NCBI RefSeq assembly: GCF_006345805.1
Contig: NC_043000.1
Coordinates: 113,398,001-113,462,000 of the forward strand
DNA: 64,000 nucleotides
Reading direction: 5' to 3'
Origin: Octopus sinensis
Lineage: Eukaryota
In this document: positions 54,893 through 64,000 of the stretch, one piece after another
Position numbering within the stretch: the first letter of the stretch is position 1
Layout of the letters: each line of letters starts with the position of its first letter
Translations under genes and position numbers: made by a program
Notes under the pieces: model-generated
What the model saw: the letters and a program-made list of their open reading frames with translations, nothing else
What the model was told of the DNA's origin: nothing
The model's database searches: none

Positions 54893-55160
54893 GTCTTTAC
54901 GTTCTGAATTCAAATTCCACCGAGGTCGACTTTGCTGTTCCTCCTTTCATGGTCGATAAATTAAGTGCCAGTTGCGTACTGGAGTCGAACTAATCAATGG
55001 CTCCCGCCCCAAAAATTTCGGGCCTTGTGCCTAGAGTAGAAAAGATTATTTAGCCAGAGGTAAGGTGGCGTTCTGACAGTATTGTAAACTCGTCAGACAA
55101 AATATTTTGCAACATTTCTTCCGGTTCTACGTCCTGAGTTCAAATCTCACCGAGGTTACC
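54893..55160 (+). mobile_element. Two adjacent SINE family B fragments
   Basis: TACGTTCTGAATTCAAATTCCACCGAGGTCGACTTTGC...; second head AAGGTGGCG at about 55062. Confidence 0.7.
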
Positions 55161-55418
55161 ATCCATGTTTCTTATAAGTAAAATTGCTAAAAGAAACATC
55201 AACTAGGACAGAGCACATTAAGTTTTCAATCTGACGTCAGAAAACAGCTGCTTATTCAGCTGCTTACGTTGTTGTTGCTTAGCTCCAGTTTAGCACTGGT
55301 ACAGGAGATCTGTCAGCATACACGTTCACCTCGTTAAAATGCCATATTTAGTTCAGCTGTGTAAGGAGGACTTTATTATCTGAAACATCCTTTCTTTCAT
55401 TATTAAATGTTACGTGAT

Positions 55419-55733
55419 ATCACCGTGATCACCGTGACCAACCAGGCTATCAGATGTTGCTACACATCGCTGGTCACAATGCGCTTCGCATTGTTTTAGC
55501 CTTCAAATGACGCCACCGCGCTGGCTAAGCGAGCAGGCCAAGAGAAGAAAGAGTGAGAGAAAGTTGTGGCGAAAGAATACAGCAGTGATCGCCACGACCA
55601 CCCTGCCGGAGCCTCGTGGAGCTTTAGGTGTTTTCGCTCAATAAACACTCACAACGCCCGATCTGGGAATCGAAACCGCGATTCTACAACTGCGAGTCCG
55701 CTGATCTTACCACTGGGCCATTGCGCCTCCACG
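55419..55733 (-). mobile_element. SINE family D, tRNA-Arg-like head, full length
   Basis: Reverse complement GGAGGCGCAATGGCCCAGTGG...GGAC-TCG-CAG...GTTTCGATTCC; TCACCGTGA repeated at the tail. Confidence 0.85.
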
Positions 55734-56526
55734 TGATATAAGGGACATTTTATTTCTGTTCTTAGAAGGTCAATTGCCAGTACAACAGATCACATGATGC
55801 TTCACAAACGTTAACTTCCTCTTCTTAGTTTCAAACCGTTTCTAGACGTAACAGCTACGCTTTCTCTTTAGGGAACAAAACCTCGATATTGAAGAATGGA
55901 TATCACACCAGGGGGGAAAGTGTGATTGGTTAACGCAACCGGTAACACTTGGAATAATGTGATATATCACTATATGGCCATAGGGCTCTATAACTTATCA
56001 GATATCAAGTCAAGCTGTTAACACTTCCGATTCAGTGACTAACACATCGCTAAATCTATAACAATGATTTTGAATTGTTCGTGAAGCAGTTCACCTGACT
56101 GTAAGTAGGGGCCACGTTGCGAATGCTGTCACCATTGTTGTTGTTGGTGGTGTTTTTGTTGTTGATGTTGAGGGAAGCGACCTTTGTGGCATTTCTTACG
56201 CGTTGCTACATTCCCAATCAGATAAACTTAGACTTTGGGGGTCGATAAAATAAAATATCAATGGATGATATCGAATTAATCCTTTTCTTCAAAATTTCTA
56301 GTCTTGCACTTGAAATTAGAAAACTTTATTTTAAAGGTTTTTGCTGATGTTCAGACTTTAGTTGGCCATGAATGAGCGGGCATATAATGATAGAAATTTC
56401 GTCTCGTTCACAAATATAGACACATGCTCTTATATATATATATATATTTAGATGTATTTCTCCATTTTCTTATCTTGTATATATATATATATTATATATA
56501 TATATATATTATATATATATATACAT

Positions 56527-57725
56527 GGTTAAAAATGGTAAGATAACAAAAGAAAGAAAGAGACCTCAATATTATGTAAATAGAGGAAATTTATCTATAA
56601 AATATGTTATAATTACTCAATAGTCAAGATAAAACTCTGAGTTTCAGATGCCGAAGTGGAAATCCACAACACCATCTCTTCGGTTATCTAGCCCTACACC
56701 AACGGCAGCGGAAAGTGCGGTCTATGCGACATGGAGAGATGGCTTATCTGGAAAAGCAGCTTAGACCCTACTATATGTCTAAACTCAAGGACAGAACCTT
56801 TCGGATCATGCCTATATGTGACAAAATTTTTGTTACGTTTTTGGTCCCCTAAAGAAAACAGATAAAACTTGCTTTCTATATTATGTCCCAAAATGTTTCT
56901 TATCTCATTATACCTTTTATTATTTCATATATATTTTTATATTTTCACACATTAATTTTTTCTGTACTTTCCTATCCTGCATTTTTTCCTGTGCCTATAT
57001 AGACGTGTATATAGATTCATTTGTACACGTGTGTGAATATGTATGAGTGGGCAGTTTTAGATATGTGCGTGTCTGCGGGCATAAGAATGCATATATATAT
57101 AGTCGTTTTTACTTAGTTTTTTTCCATTTTTTTAGGTTTGTTTTTTTTTTTGGGGGGGGGGGGCATATGTATATTCATTTTTTGTATATGCGTGTGTGTG
57201 TATGCGTATATAAACATGTGCGGGTATGTACATATATGCGTGTGTGTGTGTATGAGTGCATAAGGGCATGTCCGTATATGAACGTGGTTTTTATGCTTTG
57301 TATACTTCCTTATGTTTTTTAATGTTACCTTTAACCATGTTTTTTCTTGTGCTTGTGCGTATATAGACGTATGTATGAACTTTTACGGCACGCATGTTCG
57401 TGTGTATGAGTTTGTATATATATGCATATATATTTGGCGAAAAATGCGAGTGAAGATGTGTACGTTTTCATAGTGACGTATAAGTACGCACGTGGATCCG
57501 CGAGCGCACATGTAAGCGTATGACTAGCCATGTTGTACGTGTTTACTATGAAATTTTAATCTTATTTTATATAATTATAACACAGTAATTTCCTTTTATG
57601 TAACGGTATTTTTTCATAGCGTTTTTTTTGATAGCCAGATAACCGAAGAGATGGTGTTGTAGATTTCCACTTCGACATCTGAAACTCAGAGTTTATCTTG
57701 ACTATTGAGTAATTGTAACATATTC
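56527..57725 (+). mobile_element. 5'-truncated PLE: inverted pseudo-LTR, endonuclease C-terminus, 3' UTR, pseudo-LTR (family H3)
   Basis: 56692-56865 (+) reads PYTNGSGKCGLCDMERWLI...CLNSRTEPFGSCLYVTKFLL..*; 56605-56692 is the reverse complement of 57633-57722. Confidence 0.8.
56627..56689 (-). ncRNA. Candidate type I hammerhead (CCGAAGA core); inverted twin at 57637-57698 (+)
   Basis: AGAUAA-CCGAAGA-GAUG...CAUCu-GAAA-CUC(A)GAG-UU-UUAUCU; 6-bp stem I. Confidence 0.65.
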
Positions 57726-57731
57726 ATATAT

Positions 57732-57778
<47 letters not shown>

Positions 57779-58094
57779 ATATATATATAATATATAGTAT
57801 ACATACAAATATATATATATTATATATGTGTATATTATATATATATATATAATAGATATATTGTATATACTATACACACACACGAGTAAGCACAAACATG
57901 CAAATCAAGGTGGACAAAAAAATAGTACTCGAATACCGAAGGTAGTAGAGTAATATACTTTTTCGTTAATGCCACAAAAACATCACAAAATGCTGTTACT
58001 CAGAATTTCACGTTGCTGTTTGTCTGACTGTTGTGATCAAGACTGTCACGTTCTAGCAGTTTTAATAAAAATATGTGTGTGTATATATATATGT

Positions 58095-58128
<34 letters not shown>

Positions 58129-58131
<3 letters not shown>

Positions 58132-58487
58132 TGCGAAACTGAGTATTACCGATCGGTTGGTAACTGATGAAGAATTAGGGAGCTTCTATGTCTGTCTCCG
58201 TCCAGTTGCACACTCAATATTCGTTATGTTGTTTGTTTATTTACCATGTATTTTTTTTCAGTTATTAAGTAACGGAACGCAACACACAACGAACTGCATT
58301 AACAATATATTTTTTATAATTCCGTGTGACTTTATCTTGCCGTCACCCTTTCTCCCTTTCTTTCTCTCACCCTTTCACCTCTATTCTAGCTTTACCCCAT
58401 TCTCCTTATCTTTTTCTCCCTCACCCCCTTGTATTCATAGCCTCTTCTTTTCTCTTTTCCCCTCTTCATCTCAACTATTATCTCAAC

Positions 58488-58524
<37 letters not shown>

Positions 58525-58942
58525 CCCTTTTTATCCTCTACCCGCTGCTGTCATATAACCCGTGGTCAACTTTCCTTGCTTTCTCGCCCTCTCACAACTC
58601 GTCCCGTAGCTCACCAGTCACAAATTCTCTGTCTCACTGCTTTCTATCCTTTAGGATGTCTTCTAAGAGTTACCCACTATTCTTAGCTTTTTGGCCCTAA
58701 GGTTGTAATTTGTTCGTTTCCTATTTTTTCCATCTTTGTCCATCGTCCAAAATCACATTTTGTTTTTCACTTTCGTGTGTCCGCTCTATATTGTTTGTTT
58801 TTTTTTTGCTCTCGGCCCTATATTCTCTGCAAATTTTTGCAGGCACTGCCAATATAGCAAGTTCTCAGTCTTATCATTAATGGTGCGGAACTGAGTATTA
58901 CCAATTCGTTCATAACTAATGAAGAATTAGGGTTCTTCTGTG
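58129..58942 (+). mobile_element. Probable PLE partial tandem: about 60-bp direct repeats 752 bp apart carrying hammerhead core motifs
   Basis: TGGTGCG(A/G)AACTGAGTATTACC...TAACT(G/A)ATGAAGAATTAGGG at 58129 and 58881; CT-rich interval. Confidence 0.5.
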
Positions 58943-59719
58943 ATGCATTTATATACATTTAAAGTGAGCTCGAATCTTGCTTACTTGCTTGCAATGTTAC
59001 CCAGCCAAACTGGCGCGTAATGGAAAAGTACTATGAATTGAGTTGCCCCTGAAATGCGAATACGAGCAGAATATAACAAATTTCGTATAAATCAGACAAG
59101 TCTTTGTTAAGATATTAGGGATTTTCGGGATATAAATACCCAAAACGTAGCAGAACGGGAAAATATTCCGAAAATAATTTAACCCTGACAGAAAAGAAAC
59201 TCTTACCTTTCGGTTAGACGCAGTGACCTAGCAACGAAAAATACGATTTGTATTTTAGCTTTCTTTAAACAGAAAATATTTTAGTTTTTTTAAAATTATT
59301 TTCAAGTGAATACCATTACGAAAGTCTTTTATGTCTATTTCAAAATATTTTAAAGTGAAAATGACTTCAAAAATACGGTAAATATTTCGTAAAACACCGG
59401 TTCGTAACCTAGGTGTGAAATCATTTTTCCCATAGTTCTTTTCGAGTGCGTTCAACGTATCTAATCTCCAAAGATTTGGCTGCTATTTCTAGTAAGCCCT
59501 GCTACGGCGTAACATCTATTCGCAATGAAGAATCCGAAATACTTGTTACGTGGTAGCAGAACGTGCAAGAAATAGCAGCCAAATGTTTCCTTTTCTGGAG
59601 AAAGGAGCCTTCTATGCGTGATTTCGATGATAGATTCGTTGAAAGCATGCGAAATGACCTAGAAAACTTGGAAACTCAGACTTTCCCAGTGTCCCAACGA
59701 ATCATAGGTAGTCAAGTAT

Positions 59720-59888
59720 ACATGTGTGTGTGTGTTTGTCCACCTTTTACGTCCTCGTAACTTAGCAGCCCACAAAAGACACCGATAGAATAAGTACTAG
59801 ACGTACAAAGAATAAATCTTAGGGTCGATTTGTTCGGTGGTGCTCAAGTCAAATGACTCAAACAAGTAAAAGAATAAAAGAATAAAAA
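59720..59888 (+). mobile_element. SINE family A, 3' half
   Basis: Match to family A. Confidence 0.75.
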
Positions 59889-60069
59889 AGTATACATATT
59901 TCGAAAGCGAATGAAAGTGCTGATAATGAATAGATAAAATGTTTTCCAAGATTCTGGCGACCTCCTTTTTTCTCAATATATATATATATATATAAATATA
60001 GGTGATACTTTGGTATGCAATCTACCTGTCATGAAAGTGCTTTGGTATGCGATCTACACTTTATATTCA

Positions 60070-60310
60070 GTTCACGGTCGTAAGGTTGTGAGTTCAATTC
60101 CCGGCGACGCGTTGTGACCTTGAGCAAGACACCTTATTTCACGTTGCTCCAGTCCTCTCAACTGATAAAAATGTCAATTATTTGTATTTCAGAGGGACAG
60201 GGGCGTCGCATTCTGCATCACGTTGAATCTCCCACGGAACTACGTTAGGTTTACGCATGTCTGTGGCGTGCTCACGTTAATTTCAATTGCACGTTAATTT
60301 CACAAGCTGA
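60070..60310 (+). mobile_element. CORE-like tRNA SINE (family C head, different tail)
   Basis: GAGTTCAATTCCC...CCTTGAGCAAGACACCTTATTTCACGTTGCTCCAG. Confidence 0.75.
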
Positions 60311-60755
60311 CTGTTCCAGTTTTGTTTACATATGTATATATATATATATTGTCACATATAAATGTACACATATACATGTGTGTTCTGTGAGTGTGTGCGT
60401 GTGTGTGCATGTGTGTGTGTTTAGTAACATGTATACACACAAACACACCATACTTGTGTGTCTGCGTATGCATGCATTCGATTGCGGCTGTTGGATATCT
60501 CAATTGCTCACACATTCTCTTAACTGCTTCTTTGTGGGCGTGGATCCCAGAGCAGTTCAAGGTTTCCCGCCCAGAAACCAGAAACCTGCCATTTGAAGGG
60601 AGTGAAGTGTCCAATAAATACAATAAAATCGCTACCCTTTTTAAATGTATTGAGTACACACTATATCTGCGATAGTTGTAACACTATTTCCCTTCTCGTA
60701 TCAGTGAGCGTGTGTTTGTGAGCAACAAATGTTCAGAAAAACCAATATACATACA

Positions 60756-60807
<52 letters not shown>

Positions 60808-60821
60808 ATATTATATATATA

Positions 60822-60872
<51 letters not shown>

Positions 60873-60891
60873 CACACATATATATATGTGT

Positions 60892-60942
<51 letters not shown>

Positions 60943-61686
60943 ATATGTATGTATGTATACGTGCATCTATATTCACATATGTATGCATATACAATCGTGC
61001 TAGTTTCTCATTGGTTTAGGTATCAGCCAATAGTGAAAAATATTGATTATTGGTTCGCTAATCATGCCATAGCTGTAGCATAACATACTTCTCTATGGGA
61101 AAGAAGATATAGAATCATGTGATACTGATTCTGGATGAGATAATCGCAGCCAGTATGCTCTAATGACTGAACGATATGCCACGAGGTATATACGTCCTTA
61201 TCGAATTGATAACCAAAACTACTACCATCTACGTTCTACATTGCTACTGACGTACAACAGCCTCTGGTATAGAACTTGATTTCGGTTTTTATGGAGAGAA
61301 TCGTAAACTCACTCATACACGCAGACACACACACAGACCCATACGAACACACAAAAACATATGTATACATATGTATGGTAATTAAATACATATGCACAAT
61401 ACATACACGCATACATATATATGTATATATGTATATATGTATGTATATGAACAATGATAAATCTCAGAGCGAGTTGTCACGAAGTATGTATATGTATATA
61501 CATATAAGTATGTATGTATGCATTCATGTACACATATATCTTTATATGTGTGCATACATATAGACACACACATACATACATAAATATATATAATATATAT
61601 ATATATATAGATATATATATATACATGCATATATGCAGATATGTACACAGGTATATATATATGCATATATATATATATATATATGC

Positions 61687-61750
<64 letters not shown>

Positions 61751-61786
61751 TATATACATACATATATATATATACACACACACACA

Positions 61787-61832
<46 letters not shown>

Positions 61833-62201
61833 AGGTGCATGTATACGTACGTATTTAGTGAGATACATAGATTTATTCATTCGTATCTTCTCGCATACAT
61901 ACATAACACAAACACACGCGCGCATGCACGCTGATCCTTTGAAACAAATTACAGAAATTTACAAATATATATATATATATGTACATATAATGTGTGTGCG
62001 TGTGTATGTGTGTATGTGTGTGCGTGTGTGTCTGTTTGTACGCGCATGCTTGTTTGTGTTTGTGAGCAGTAGAGAAAAATATGTACGGATGGGGATATTT
62101 GACAGACGGAGAGATATATAAAATGATTGTTATACACAACACACACATACTCATACACACGCACACACACACACACACAGATAAACACATATAAACAGAG
62201 G

Positions 62202-62260
<59 letters not shown>

Positions 62261-62288
62261 GTAGATAGGTAGATAGATAGATAGATAG

Positions 62289-62329
<41 letters not shown>

Positions 62330-62414
62330 GATAGATAGATAGATAGATAGTAGATAGATAGATAGATATAGATAGATAGATAGAAGATAGATAGATAGGT
62401 AGATAGGTAGATAG

Positions 62415-62476
<62 letters not shown>

Positions 62477-62764
62477 GTGAAGGGATAGAGACAGACAGAC
62501 ATTAGGTGTTCGATATATTTCTCTTTGTTTTGTCGAGTTATTTTATCGCTATGGTACCTTCTTTGTTTGGAAAACATTGCGGAAAGTAGTAATTTTCAGT
62601 TATATAAACAATTTTAATGGAAAGTTTGTGAAATAAAGCTTTTAACATAAACATACACACTGTAGGATTTTTATAATTTACATAAATTATGTAAACAAGA
62701 CTTTTAGAACACACTTTAAGTATAAGTATATATAGATAGAATTTACAAAAAACAAACAAACAAA

Positions 62765-62932
62765 AGATGAAGACGTGTGTGTAAACAACAAATAGATGTA
62801 TTAGTTTAACGCCCGGGAAATGAGAAAGTGTTTTACATTTCGGGCGTACGCTCTTCGACAGAAAGGAACACAGAAATAAACAGGGATAGAAAATAAAAAA
62901 AGGCTTAGTGGCTAGCGATCTATCATGGCGAT
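62765..62932 (-). mobile_element. PLE-like terminal repeat family H1 with variant hammerhead (62830-62865)
   Basis: Minus strand CUUU-CUGUCGA-a-GAGC(GUAC)GCCC-GAAA-UG-UA-AAAC. Confidence 0.55.
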
Positions 62933-64000
62933 AGATACATATACAAGCAAATATATGTATGCATGTATATGTGTGTGTGTGTATGTGTGTGTTTTGGGTG
63001 GGTGTGTCTGTGTCTCTATATATTTATATGTATATATATGTATATATACATATATATATACATGTGTGTAGATATATATGAATTTATATATACAAGTGTA
63101 TAGATATATATACATGTACATAGATATATATGAATTTCTATGTGTGTGCGTAATTTTGTTGTTTTTATTTATTATCATATGTAAAAACAGTCACACATTA
63201 TTTGAAAGACTACTAATTACTGGGTAATACTTTTTAAAAGAAAATATTGTAAGTCCGAAGTATCTGCCTTGCAGACTACGTTAAATAAGGGTTAATATAT
63301 TTTTATGTGCATCTGTTTGAGTGCATGTGTTTGTGTGTGTCTGTGTGTGTGTGTGTGGTGTGTGTGTGTGTGTGTGTGAGCGGCACATGAAAGGGGTTCC
63401 GGGAATATTGCCGCTAACCTCAGTCAACACTCTTGTGAATACCCGACCCCCGGGCAGAATATATAGAAAGGAACGATGCTTCAAATCATGAATCATTGTG
63501 TTTCGCACAAACTGAAAATCATGAATCATTGTGTTTCGCACAAACTGAAAATCTTGGAAGCTTTCTTCACCCGTTTGGCATAAAACAAAAACCAGCAAGC
63601 CAAAAAATAAAGGCACTGGTATCAGAGTTATTCTTTGGATACAACTGTTTCAATATCACACGCTTAAAATGAATTATTTAACAAGTTTGAAAACATGAAT
63701 GCTGGCAATTATGATGTAACATTGATTAAATAATATTGATTAAACGACGCAAACCCCATAGTAATGTAATCATAACCGAATGACTAAATTAATACGAGAG
63801 TAAAACTTGGATGAATTCCCCAATAGTAAAAGATGATTTGTTGGAAACTGGGCATATAGTTACCGGATAATTTTCGCTAAAATTGCAAATAAATAGATAA
63901 AATAGACAGTTTTCGTATATGAATTGACAAGATCATTTATAGAGGCTGGATTATTAATTAGTCTCTATGTTCAGACAGTTGTCAGGTCGGCAAGGTAAAA

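Noticed and set aside
63483-63553. 33-bp tandem duplication giving an 11-aa repeat in an ORF
   Set aside because: Simple two-copy duplication; the ORF runs into a microsatellite

Overview
AT-rich, microsatellite-saturated eukaryotic non-coding DNA with one 100-N gap (37747-37846). The repeat content is consistent with an octopus/cephalopod genome (inferred from repeat families, not verified). No intact host gene is supported, and nearly all ORF-track entries are microsatellite artefacts. The window holds four tRNA-derived SINE families; decayed Tc1, mariner and DD37D (maT) transposases; hAT and pogo-type MITEs; 3' ends of R4/Dong-, RTE- and CR1-like LINEs; and Penelope-like element (PLE) remnants. 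The main hidden signal is a set of about 10 hammerhead-ribozyme (HHR)-like motifs found by eye in at least 5 unrelated short repeat families. Many have non-canonical cores (CCGANGA, CUGUNGA). Several lie in inverted or tandem arrangements typical of PLE pseudo-LTRs. One pair flanks a PLE endonuclease C-terminus, and one 420-bp palindrome pivots on the probable ribozyme stem II. An R4-like LINE appears to be inserted in a (TACA)n array. All family names come from motif recognition without database searches.
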